Below, piece after piece: positions 37,597 through 49,123 of a DNA stretch of 64,000 nucleotides; position 1 is the first letter of the stretch; each line of letters opens with the position of its first letter. Source of the stretch: Botryllus schlosseri. Lineage: Eukaryota. The stretch spans positions 34,660,001-34,724,000 of the forward strand of contig CM119371.1 of the NCBI GenBank assembly GCA_051294905.1. Reading direction: 5' to 3'. The position numbers and the translations under genes are program-made. The notes beneath the pieces were generated by a model. That model was not told the origin of the DNA. It saw nothing but the letters and a program-made list of their open reading frames with translations, and searched no databases.

Positions 37597-38399
37597 ATGG
37601 CGACAAAAAGATGCATCAAATACCAATACATGTTTGTGTAAATTCGTGTATTTAAAACTCGTTACCTCGTCTCTTATTTGCCATAAGTATGCAAACTCGC
37701 GACTTGAGTACATCTCATACCTTCATATTCTAGTTCGACTTTAAGTAAATTTGACATGTCTTGAGTATCGTTACTACTAATTGTACTTGACTAGAAATGA
37801 CGACGTTACCTCTAATTCTACTGGAGCACCAATGATAACTATTTTGACCACCTCTGTGTTGACAGACGTACTGTAATTTGTTCGTAGAAGCAGAGGTACA
37901 TTCGTCACTAGGAATCAATTTTCAGAAAGTGACTTCCGAGTTCCTTGAACTGTGAGTTCTTGCTGGTTGAGCAGTTTGCTGGAGCTTCAGTAAATGTACA
38001 CCACACTACCTATGTTCCCAAAATATTTGAGCATGCTGGACAACCGCTTTGTAAAGTGTATCTCCGAAACGTTTGACTGACAAATATTAAATTGTGACAT
38101 CCCAAGTATGTCCTACACGTCTATCCATAACAACTTGCTTGGAATGTGTATGGTCTTGGTTATCTTGTTACCAATCATCGTATATGTTAGTGTTTTCATA
38201 ACTGGTTACTGGTGTTTTTCATCAAAATGACGTCACTGATAAATTTTGCATTTGCACACATTATGTTTCAGATTGCGATGCAATATTATAAAAATTCCTT
38301 TACTACACGATAGCCTCTGGTCTGCAAGTTAGTCGTATTTGGGCTGAGAACTTCGAATGTCTGATGCTAGAAGAGATCATTTAAAGATAAGCGGAAAGA

Positions 38400-39746
38400 A
38401 TGACGAAGACATGTTCGATTTGTGGGAAAAGCTTCCATCATCACGGTGAAATAAAAACTCACTTTCAATTCCACTTAACTGAAAGAAAAATTGAATGTGA
38501 CATCTGTGGTAAAGTTTTTTCTGCCATCACTTTATTGAAAAAACATCTAAAAACCCACTTCAGTTTCAAAAACCATGGTTGTGATATCTGTGGCAAAGTG
38601 TTTTCTACCATCAAAAACTTGAAAATACATAGCAATATACATACTGGGGTCAAAAACTATGACTGTGAGATATGTGGAAAACGCTTTTGCGCAAAGACAA
38701 ATTTAGCAAGACACATGCATATTCACACAGAAGCCAAAAACCATGAATGTGAGATGTGTGGGAAAATATTTGCTACGAAGGCGATTTTAACACGCCACAA
38801 TCATGTTCATACTAAAGTAAAAAACTATGAATGTGCCATCTGTGGGAAAACCTTTGCTAGGAAGGCACATTTAGAAGGACACGTGCACATTCACACTGGA
38901 CTCAGAAGCTACGAATGTCAGATCTGTGGAAAAGTGTTGTCAAGTGACTGCGCATTGAAATCACATTGGAATACCCATTCCGGAATCAAAAACTACAAAT
39001 GTGAGATCTGTGGAAAAGCGTTTGCTCAAATCAGTTACCTGAAAAGTCATAGGAATGGGCATATTGGAGACAAAGACCATGAATGTGACGTTTGTGGGCA
39101 AGTCTTGGCTTCTAAACGAAGTTTGGCAAATCATATCCATATTCACATTCACACTGAAGTAAGAAACTATGAATGTGAGATCTGTGGAAAAGTGTTTTCA
39201 GGCTACACGTCATTGAAATCACATGGGAATACGCATACTGAAGCCAAAAACTACAAATGTGAGATGTGTGACAAGTCTTTCAGGACAAAAATCTGCTTAG
39301 CAAATCATATTCATAATCATAAAAGAGTCAAAAACTACAAGTGTGAGATGTGTGGGAAAACCTTCACTCTAAAGAAAAGTTTAGAAAGACATATACGTAT
39401 TCACATTGGAGTAAAAAACTTTCACTGTGAGATCTGTGGGAAAACCTTTGCTCTAAAGTCATCTTTAGAAAGACACATACGTATTCACATTGGAGTAAAA
39501 AACTTTCACTGTGAGATCTGCGACAAGTCATTTGCTCGAAAGGCACATTTGGAAGGACACGTGAACATTCACACCGGAGTCAGAAAATACAACTGTGAGA
39601 TCTGTGGAAGAGTGTTTTCAAGTGACTGCACATTGAGATCTCATGGACATAGACATACCGGAATCGAAAACTACAAGTGTGAAATCTGTGGCAAATACTT
39701 TTCTCAGAGTTCTAATTTAAAACGTCATGTGAATACACATATTTGA
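38400..39746 (+). CDS. Poly-C2H2 zinc-finger protein (16 fingers), 448 aa
   Basis: Open ORF of tandem C2H2 fingers; acceptor TTTCAG at 38271; decayed extra fingers after the stop, to ~39990. Confidence 0.92.
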   Translation: MTKTCSICGKSFHHHGEIKTHFQFHLTERKIECDICGKVFSAITLLKKHLKTHFSFKNHGCDICGKVFSTIKNLKIHSNIHTGVKNYDCEICGKRFCAKTNLARHMHIHTEAKNHECEMCGKIFATKAILTRHNHVHTKVKNYECAICGKTFARKAHLEGHVHIHTGLRSYECQICGKVLSSDCALKSHWNTHSGIKNYKCEICGKAFAQISYLKSHRNGHIGDKDHECDVCGQVLASKRSLANHIHIHIHTEVRNYECEICGKVFSGYTSLKSHGNTHTEAKNYKCEMCDKSFRTKICLANHIHNHKRVKNYKCEMCGKTFTLKKSLERHIRIHIGVKNFHCEICGKTFALKSSLERHIRIHIGVKNFHCEICDKSFARKAHLEGHVNIHTGVRKYNCEICGRVFSSDCTLRSHGHRHTGIENYKCEICGKYFSQSSNLKRHVNTHI

Positions 39747-39991
39747 GTTGGACTGGTATTGTGAGATATGTGGGAAATTCTTCCTTAGTGAGAGAAATTA
39801 AAAAGTACACATTCATAATAACGCTGGAGTAATCAAACTATGAATGTGAGCTTCATTGCAAAGCGTTTACTGAGTTGGGTAACTTGAACCAACACAGGAA
39901 TATTCATAATGGAGTAAAACAACCAATAATGTCATATGTACCGAAAGTCTTTCTTGAGAAAGGCATATTTAGAAAGACATGCATATTCACA

Positions 39992-40818
39992 TTACCCTAA
40001 AATCGGGGGTGCGTATTATACATGGGAACAACACGCTTGAGAAAAATCTCCCTCGATAAAAACTTGAAATCACACCTTTCTTCATGTTTGTTTCCAATCG
40101 CGCATCACTTTCAGCCATCGTGCCCAGTAATTCGTATAATCGGCGTGACGCGCTACCAATTAGCAAAAAGCGTGTTGCCAATTAACGAGAGTCGTCTGCA
40201 CAGCACGCAATCTCCTGCTGAGTTGGTTTGTCGTTTGCACGCGAGCGAAATTAGGTCATTCATTGATTGCTGAACCGCGCGCGGCAATCCTCGCTAATTC
40301 ATCGACAGGCCATGTGCGCAAAATATAATCGCTTGAGTAATCAATCGCACCTCCAACAGGCGTGGTGTGCACGACATAACCGTTTTCCTGAGCAATCGCT
40401 TCTGACCTCGTGCGCAAGATGTCGCGTCGCCGGCCTCGCAGGCTTTGGCTGCTATCTACTATCGTATAGAGGCAATACCGTTACCGTTACTTGTATAATG
40501 TTTAGCAATCGCATCTGTAACAGGCCTCGTGCGCAAGACGTCGTGTCGCTGACCCGAACTATCGTTTCGGCATGTCTCGCAGGCTTTGGCTGCTCTCTAC
40601 TACCGTTTAGAGAAAATGCCAATAATTGCATAATGATTAGCATGGTTATGTCATGATTGTTCGACAGTGACATCGCGAAACAGAACAACATCGTGTGCTA
40701 AAACACAGCTATCCATGTACTGCGAATGCAGGGTGCGTACTCTACATGGGCACAGGCTTTTTCCCAGAATTTGCATGCCACTTTAAGGGGGCGTACTATA
40801 CTTGGAAAATTACGGTAT
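39992..40818. mobile_element. Tc1/mariner-group (pogo/Tc2-like) non-autonomous element
   Basis: GGGGGTGCGTATTATACATGG ... GGCGTACTATACTTGGAAAATTACGG-TA; homologous to ~21888-22150; left end truncated. Confidence 0.55.
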
Positions 40819-41258
40819 ACGAAATGTAATCATCACCCTGAACCTTATAGGGATATATCCCGTTATAAGCGATTCGTTGTCGCTGATATTATTTTGCCAT
40901 ATTTTTGTCACATATGTACTTTATCAGTTTGAAACACCAATACGTGTTAATGTGTAAATTCGTGTATGTAGAATCGTTAGCGTTTCATGTAAAGAAAGAG
41001 TCTGATACGTCTAACGCAACAACGCAACTTTTCTTCCAATAGGCTACTCAATCTTTGTCTCATTGCAGAAGGGTAATTCGTTAAATAGCAGCTAAAAGCC
41101 ATTTCAATTTATATGCGTACCGGAATTTTATCATTATTTGGAACTGGTCTCAACAAATTACCAATTCAACTGTTTATTATTTGAGTAAACGAAACCTATT
41201 TGCATTCTCACAGATTTTAAAATTATTTCATATTACTTGTGTTTTCGGAGTGACAAAA

Positions 41259-44200
41259 ATGCTTCATAGAACGATCGTAGCTCCTACAGGTAAGCTGACA
41301 CTAAACAGCTTCTCGGTATTTCGTCAACTTGTTCCTACCTTGATTTCTTGAATCACTGAACTGTAGTAATGTTGGATGCATTCCATTCACCTGTATTTCT
41401 GTCAGTGTCTTATCAACCAAGACATGCCGATATTACTCTTAAACTATGAAAATAAAACACAAAAGATCTAAACCATAATCTGTACTCAAGTAATTTGAAG
41501 GAAATCATTGGAATGAGGAGGCATTGTATACTTTTGCTCGCTAAGCCCAGAGATGTTAAAAGTTGATAGTCATGTAGAAGTAGAAATATGAGCCAAGATT
41601 ACTGCAATTGCAAGTTCTGAAAGAATAATAGCAATTTTCTAAAAATCTATTCGGTTACCCTGACACAGGGGGGTATTCCGCCCCGTTAATGTCACACATT
41701 AAGGGTGATGCCGACACCCCAAGACTACTTTCCATCTAACAAAAGCAAACATGTATAAAACTAAGCATACTTACGTAAAATCCTGAAGTAGAAGTGGGTG
41801 TAGTCTAAAAAACATATCCATTTGAGAGAGAAGTTCTTTGTTGCTGAGCACTTTTAGTCAAGCCGGTTTCAGTTCTCAGTATACGGCTATGCGGTGTAGC
41901 ATCCCGTCACCGCAAGGCCTTTTTTCATCCTATATGTATGTTGACACACTTGCAGTAGTAGTCAACTGCTAGTAGGAGAGTTGTAACCAAGGCACAAGGT
42001 TCCGAGTCGCAGGTCAATCTCACTTTTACAGTTTTTACACGAGTCAAGTGCAGTCATTTTCAATTCACCATCGAGTCAAGTCCAAGTCGGGGAGCATAGG
42101 GTCGAGTCATAGTGTAGAGACTCGAGTTCGAGTCCCAGTCATTGTGGTAAGTTTCGAGTTCGGGTCATGTTCAACCGTTTTACAACTCTGCATGGGGGAT
42201 ATCGAATGCCTCGCATTCACGATATACAGATTTTTCTTACTCTTTACGGTTTCTGGACGTCTTTTTAAGGTAGCAGTACTGGATGTTGCGATCAAGTCAC
42301 TACCTTGGAGACACAAGTCATCTCGAGTCATTGCACATTTTGACTCCAGTCAAGTCACGTCAATCAATTTTCGAAAGTGACTCCAGTCAAGTCAAGTCTC
42401 GCGATTTTTGGAGGTGACTCGAGTCAAGTCAAGTTGTCTTTTCGGAGTACGAGGCATGAATAAGTCATTGCAATTTGCCAGCTATTTGATATTCAGACTG
42501 AGTCGCTATATATTTTAAATCGAGGGATGAATATATAGAATTAAATATACATGCAAAAAGGCGTTGTATAGCTGACGAATGTGTAGTACTGCTAAGCTAC
42601 GTAACTGATGTTTGCTCGCAGTATTTAATTAACCGCCAAAATAGAGAATAGAATGCGAAACCTCAGATAGGGGAAATGAATTGAGATAATGCATCACCCA
42701 ACTACATATCCACGGGATACAATTTAAGCCTCCGCCAATGCTTGACTAGTAAAATAAACTTCAAACTATATTCGAATTCCATTTCGATCACACAAGAGAT
42801 TTGGTTAAGGTGATCACCTAGCACCAATGACCAGTCTATAGAAAAGAGATAGATGCCTTTTGTTATTATATTACATTACTTCTGCGACAACCTACGCTGT
42901 ATGTGGTCAATGTATTTCTGATAGAACAATGTAGGTTCAGTAAAACGAAAATCATTGAATGAATTAGATTTTCGCTCTCACAAGTCACACCAGAGTATCG
43001 AGAAAAATGCGAACATTTGTAAAGTAGCCTGCAGCGATTTTTATCGACACCGATTATTTGATGACTTGAAATTGACTTGAAAATTTTGCTCCGATTCACG
43101 AGTCAATCCGCATTTCTGAAACGCCGAGTCAAGGCATTTTTGCTAAGTGAATCGAATCAAGTCATACGAAAATGACTCGAATCTGACTTGAGGGTCGAGT
43201 CATTTCTCGAGTCATCCCAACACTGGTACCGATAGGCGAAGAACCACTAATGTTGTAATTTGACTATTCTTGAAAGTTGCAACGAAATTCCTGTTTAGGC
43301 CGTCTGAGTCTTGAGTTGAATGACTTGATCGAGTCATGCACAATTACTCGAGTAGCCTACAAGTAGAGTCAATATAGAAATTAAAGTCAAGTCGAGTCAT
43401 TTTCTGTATGTTGAGAGAGTGACGTGAGTCGAGTCATTACTTTTACGACCCTTGCTAGCAGTGTACAGATTTAGGTGTCCTTGGCAGAGTTGTAATGACT
43501 CGAGTCATGACTCGACTCAAGTCACGATTTCTGATGCCTCGACTTGACTCGAGTCATTATTTTCAAAATACGGAAATTACTCGACTTGACTCGAGTCAAT
43601 CTGTGAAACAACACGACTTGGACTCGAGTCATTGCGTATGACTCGAACCAAGTCATATGACTCAATCCTCAGACGGCCAAGACCGATATTTCATTGTAAT
43701 TTCGAAGAATATTAAAGTAACCACACTATTGAGATTTCGTCTATTAGCACTGGTACTTGAAAATGCTACCAAAAACCGATAAAGGTGACGAAATTAGTAT
43801 ATCTAAATGCCAACCATTGGATATCATCGAACAGAGTTATAAAATGAGGGTTTAACAAGACTTTAACACGAAACTGAGCAGTCAGCACAATGACTTGGAC
43901 TCGGACTCGAGTCATAATACCTGCTCGCTGACTTGGACTCGAACTATTCTCGGTGGTGAATTGACAATGACTCGACTTGACTCGAGTCAAAACTGTAAGA
44001 GAGAGATTGACTTGTGACTCGGAGTCTTGTGACTTGGTTACAACCCTGGTCCTTGGTGACCCATTTCTGGAAATCTCATATCTCACGGTCAATATTATTA
44101 TTATGTAAGTTGATAACTCACACAGTATTTTACCGTGATGGTATTTCAGACTATTGATTATACTATACAATCCCCCGATGATACATATAAAAACATTCAA

Positions 44201-47200
44201 GATGGTACTGTTATTCTCAGGGCGGCATACCGCATCTCTGATATTTTTGCACGGGTCTGGTGACACCGGCGTTGGAGTTCGTAGCTGGGTCGACGAATGC
44301 TTTGACAGAGTAGGCGACAAACGTGGATTCAATTTTAATCATATCAAGGTAATGTGTCATAAAATTAGGTTAAATCAGTGTCCACCCTTAAACCTTTGCG
44401 CTTAATTTTACCACCCACTTTTCACTGAGGCCGGGAAAATGAACTAAATGAGTCATGTGATTCCTAATCACGTATTAGGCGTCAGGTCGGGTGTTCGAGT
44501 ATCACTCATTATGAAGTCTCGTCAATATGAATGACGAGGAAAGTTCCAATATATAAGCGTTATCCGACCACAAACAATATAATGCCGATTCTACATCAAA
44601 ACCAGTAGTTTGTACAAGTCTGTTGGTATGGCGAACGTCGGCAATAAATGCTAGTGCGTTTACGCGAGTGTGTCTGAAATTTGTTCAGGTAATATATCCA
44701 ACTGCGCCACCACAACCTTACACCCCGTCCGGCGGAAACGAGAGCAGTGTGTGGTTCGATCGTCGGAAAATCTCGTTCAAAGCACCTGATATCAAAGAAT
44801 CTATCGACTCCATGATGTCAAAACTGGCAGATATTGTTAAGGTGATAAGTAGGGCGGTTTCTTTTACACGCCAAAAAAAGTTAAAATGTTGTCAAAATTG
44901 TAGTGTTAGGTCAGAAAAATGGCAAAATTACTTCCAAAGTCAAAATCTTTTTGCAACCTGCATTTCGTCTGTATCGTAGATGTTTACGCTGTGACTGAAC
45001 TTATCATTGATATTTTACGGCTTGTAGCCCAATTTATCGGCCTAGACGACCCATTGTCTGCTCATTGTGAATCATAAACGGCCAAATGAAACAAATAGGT
45101 TGGCAATGTGTTATTCTCAACGTATCGCAATATCCTAACTGAAGCAAGTCTGCGTGGGAGATGGACATTGGTTTTTATATCAACAAGCGCATGATGAAAA
45201 CTTGTGATGTAGACAAAATTGTCAGAATGAAGCAACACGATGTAGCACCAGCAGTGTACAGTGTACACACAACTTCAATGTTGCCAGCCAACAACTGCTA
45301 CTGTTGAACCATCTTTCTCCATTCTTGGCAAGCTACTTTGTAAGGACAGGCACTTTCTATCCGAGAATGTAGGAAAGTATCTTTCGTTGTACTACAACAA
45401 ATTTTAATTAGTACTCCTATAATGCGTGATAAAATTACTAGAATTCTTCATTTCGTTAAAATAAAGTTTTTTCAAGTAGAAGTTTGTCAGTTTTTAAGTC
45501 AAAAACGTTGGCTCAGACCTAACTACTTCGTAATGACAGACAGTTCCAACCAGAAATTAAAACAAGTGGTACAATTCTAAGATTTTGTGGGGAAAACACG
45601 TAATTTACATACTTGAGGTCAAAATTTGGTCAAAATTAAGTTTTCTAAGGTAAAAAAAGTCAAAATTTTGATTTTTTAGGTCAAAATCTTCCGTTTTACA
45701 AGTAAAACAAAATCGCCCTAGTGATAAGTATCAGTTAGTGAAGTGGTTCTTAAACTATTTTAGACACGTCCCCCATTTATTATAGCCGTATCACAAACTG
45801 CAACCAGAATGCCAGCAATCCCTTCGGATAGTTTGACAGTGTTGAAGGTTATGACTGTGGATAAGAGAGTTCTCAAAGATGAAATTAGGGTTATACACAG
45901 AGCAATAACTATATTACTTGGAGGTACACAAATGAAAGTGTGAACGGCCCTCCAAACGACGTGAAATCTGTTGTCTCCATAATCTTTCGCACAGACGGAA
46001 TTGTCTAACAAATGTTTGCCAGTAGCAGAATTCATGGCCTTTTCAGGAAATCAGTCAAGGGCTAGCTTTTCTCCGAGCGTGGTGTGAGTGATCTAATAAA
46101 TCTAGGCGTGTCGAGATAGCGGAGGAGGGTTGGTGCGATGGCATGCAAAATAAGGTCAGTCTCATGCAAAATTAGGTCAGTGGCATGCGAAATAGGGTCA
46201 GTCGCGACATGCAGATTGCAGAATAAGGTCAGTGGCATAAGAAAAAAGTAGGATTTGAAGTAAATATTTGGATTTATACGCGGACTGTTAATATTCTACA
46301 TGCGACTAACCCCGTAATCGTAATAATCGTCTGATTACATTTTGTTGAAACATCTTCAGATTTAGGATATAGATGGGGAATGTCAATCATGAAATTACTA
46401 TATAGGAAAGATATTTTGAATTTATTTTTCATCAAAAAAAAGAATTGGATTTGTAATTGAACTGTGGATTTGGATTTATGCGCGGACTGATAATAATATT
46501 CTACATGCGACTGACTTCGTAATCAAGATAATCATGATTATCTTTTGATTGAAACATCATAGTATTTAAGATATAGATAAGGAATTTCAATGTTGAAAGT
46601 AGGCTGCTATACAGGAAAGATATTTTGAATTTATTTTTCATAGGAAAAAAAAGTTGGATTTGTAATTGAAGTATAGATTTGGATTTATGCGCGGACTGAC
46701 ATTATTTTGCATGTCGCGACTGACCTTATTTTGCATGTGACTGACCTTATTTTGCATGTCGCGACTGACCTTATTTTGCATGTTTTGACCTTATTTTGCA
46801 TGTCATCGCACCAACCCTGTAGAGATAGCGTAGTGGTATTATCCACAGCTACACCACCAATGGATTGCGGGTTCGAGTCCGACTCCAGAATTCCTACCTA
46901 AGTGTTAGAGGTATATCTAGGATTCTCGCCATCTCATCCGCGTAATCGGTGTCTTACAAAAGCCTATAAGTATGCCGTGCTATAAGTCGGCAGTGACGGA
47001 ATATTGGCGTTGTTTGAATGATCATTGTAGTCGGCAAACACCATGAATACCATGAACAACAACATAATAAACCTAGGGACATGTTGTATTATGCAGCCCT
47101 GCAAACGTGGTGTCGTTCTTTTAAGCAACCTTAACTTACTGATTTCCAAAATAGGCGATAGAACTGTTTGAATTGCAGGCGGAAAACGAGTCCGGTATCA

Positions 47201-47583
47201 CTAACGACCGTATCATCGTAGGCGGATTCTCGATGGGCGGTGCCATGGCACTGCATCTCGGATATCGTTCACATCCCAACCTCAAAGGCATTTTCGCACT
47301 GTCCTCCTTTCTAAACGAGGAATCCTCAGTATACAGCGAAATCAAAGCCAGAAGAGATCGTGGCGACAATCTGTCACCGGAATTATTCATGGCGCACGGA
47401 CAGCGGGACGAATTGGTTATGCACGAATGGGGCCAGAAAACGTTCGATAAACTGCAAGATTTCGGGGTGAAAGGGAGCTTTAAGACTTACGGGTATCTGC
47501 ACGAACTCGGCACCGAGGAATTGATTGCTTTAAGAAAATGGGTGGAAGACTTGTTACCTGGAGCTGATCAAAATAAACTTTGA
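41259..47583 (+). CDS. LYPLAL1: Lysophospholipase-like protein 1; exons 41259-41289, 44221-44348, 44689-44841, 47179-47583; 238 aa
   Basis: Phase-compatible GT-AG exons: MLHRTIVAPTG|RHTASLIFLHGSGDTG...HIK|VIYPTAPPQPYTP...VWFDR...ESID...|AENESGI..DRIIVGGFSMGG...HGQRDELV...YLHEL; Ser-Asp-His triad intact. Confidence 0.93.
41976..43453. mobile_element. CAGGGTTGT-family MITE containing a nested CAGTGTTGGGAT-family MITE (~42281-43225)
   Basis: TSD GCTAGTAG / GCTAGCAG; outer halves colinear with 53520-54056. Confidence 0.7.
43485..44048. mobile_element. CAGGGTTGT-family hAT MITE (GACTCGAGTC-rich)
   Basis: CAGAGTTGTAA...TTACAACCCTG; perfect TSD GTCCTTGG (43477-43484, 44049-44056). Confidence 0.9.
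44850..45720 (+). mobile_element. TAGGGCG-ended hAT-like deletion derivative in LYPLAL1 intron 3
   Basis: TAGGGCGGTTT...AAATCGCCCTA; perfect TSD GTGATAAG (44842-44849, 45721-45728); transposase C-terminal remnant LQCCQPTTATVEPSFSILGKLLCKDRHFLSENVGKYLSLYYNKF*. Confidence 0.9.
45945..46040 (-). mobile_element. Penelope-like retroelement endonuclease-region fragment
   Basis: NSATGKHLLDNSVCAKDYGDNRFHVVWRA resembles the SAI..HLL.N..CA..Y....F.I region following Penelope GIY-YIG motifs (recalled pattern). Confidence 0.5.
46125..46819. mobile_element. MITE with AGGGTTGGTGCGATG TIRs, subterminal GCAAAATAAGGTCAGT repeats and an internal ~210-bp tandem duplication
   Basis: Inverted ends are visible; GCGGACTG..AATATTCTACATGCGACT block repeated. 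Confidence 0.8.
46820..46965 (+). mobile_element. tRNA-derived SINE head and body, interrupted at its 5' end by the preceding MITE
   Basis: TAGCGTAGTGG (A box) and GGTTCGAGTCC (B box); no proper cloverleaf; 3' boundary approximate. Confidence 0.55.
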
Positions 47584-47586
47584 ACC

Positions 47587-48140
47587 AGAGTTCGATAACC
47601 AGATGATTTTCGGCCTTTCAAAATTAGATTAGAATTACAATTATAGCTGCACATTTTCTCCAAATTAGACAAGAATTATAATTATGCGCAATTTTTTCAA
47701 AGTAGATTAAAATTAGTATTATAGCTACACATTTTTTCCCAATTTGGCTAGAATTAGAATTGGAGTAACATTTTTTCCCCAATTAGAATAGAATTATAGC
47801 TACACATTATTTTCCAAATTAGACTAAAATTTAAATCATACGTAGTTTTTTTTCGAATTAGATTAGAATTAAAATCACAAAATTCGCGAGAATTTGATTG
47901 ATAAATTGAATCAATTCAGTTCATATCAAATCAAAGCACAAGAATGGCAAATGTATGTGCAGCAAGCTTGCCTCGTTTCGAACTATACAGATCTCCTGTA
48001 GCAATTCCGGGAAAACCAGAAATTAGATTAGAACTAACATTAGTTTAGTACACAAAAACATTTCATAAATTCGCATTAGAATTAGAATTAAAATACAGGA
48101 ATTTCGCTCTAATTAATATGATTATAAAACGAGAATTATT
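47587..48140. repeat. AATTAG-rich subterminal-repeat element immediately after the LYPLAL1 stop
   Basis: Many AATTAGA(A/T)TTA motifs; similar patches at 55745-55860, 56105-56150 and 57030-57080. Confidence 0.55.
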
Positions 48141-49123
48141 TAGTTGCCCAAGTCTGCTTCAAACGAGTAACGAAACAGTCCAAATGCTGTTCCATATCTG
48201 AAATCCGCATTTCATTCTGGCGATGAAATGAAGAGCATTCGGGTAAATAGCCCAAAAAAGTAAATTTGGTCGAAGGTCGTATACTTTTTAGCGGGTAATC
48301 AGATGTGGCAAGATTTGAAATTTCGTGATTTTTTTCGAGAATAACAATGAATATGTACAATATTTCAAGTTACGATAATACGTGGGTTATTTCCTGCGGT
48401 AGTATCATTGTAAGTAAGTGAATATATGTTCAAATAATCTACTTATGCATTGTGTTGTTCATGGCAAAAGTACAACTTGCAATTTCGAGTATAGTCACCT
48501 TCTATTACCTGCCTAAAATATTCAAGCCGTTGACCAAATCTACTTTATTGAAACTACCTACAGAGACTTCATTTTCTTCTACCACCAGTTGTAATTGAGT
48601 TGAAATTCACGGCGTTACTTGTAATTCACTACGGAGAAAATGGTGCAATCTTTTGATAAATCTCATTACGGAAGTAAATCTTGACCGAGTCGAAGAAATT
48701 CAAGATTAGTCGCTATTTGGCCGCATATTTTCTACCCATAAATTGTGCTGCTGATATCAATGCAAATCTAACGGGCATCACGTTTTCTGTTTCATTCTTA
48801 TGCTGCGAGATTATCAACTGTTTATAAATCATGCTTGACAACCTCTACTTGATTGTATGGTCGTGCATTACGGATGAATCATTTTACGCTTTGTAGTAAT
48901 GTCTGTGCGCAAATTCTTTATTAATTTATGCACCATACAATTTAATGCAAATAAAAAGTTGGTTCAAATTTTTGTCTGAATAGTGCTTCGACAGAGTACC
49001 AATCCAGTTGATATTCTGTAGAAACGCTACGCTGAAGCCGCCATGCGCACTCAGTACAGTGACGATGTGTAGCAGAATCATGAAAATATGCCATCACCAG
49101 CGCACGGTGCCCAATAGGCTAAT

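Noticed and set aside
44154..44220. LYPLAL1 start within ORF 44154-44405
   Set aside because: The TTCTCAG acceptor at 44220 and the phase-matched exon at 41259-41289 give a better N-terminus
43766..44332. 188-aa minus-strand ORF and similar TRVKSSH-type ORFs (53458, 57416, 42048)
   Set aside because: Chance translations of GACTCGAGTC-rich MITEs, partly antisense to a LYPLAL1 exon
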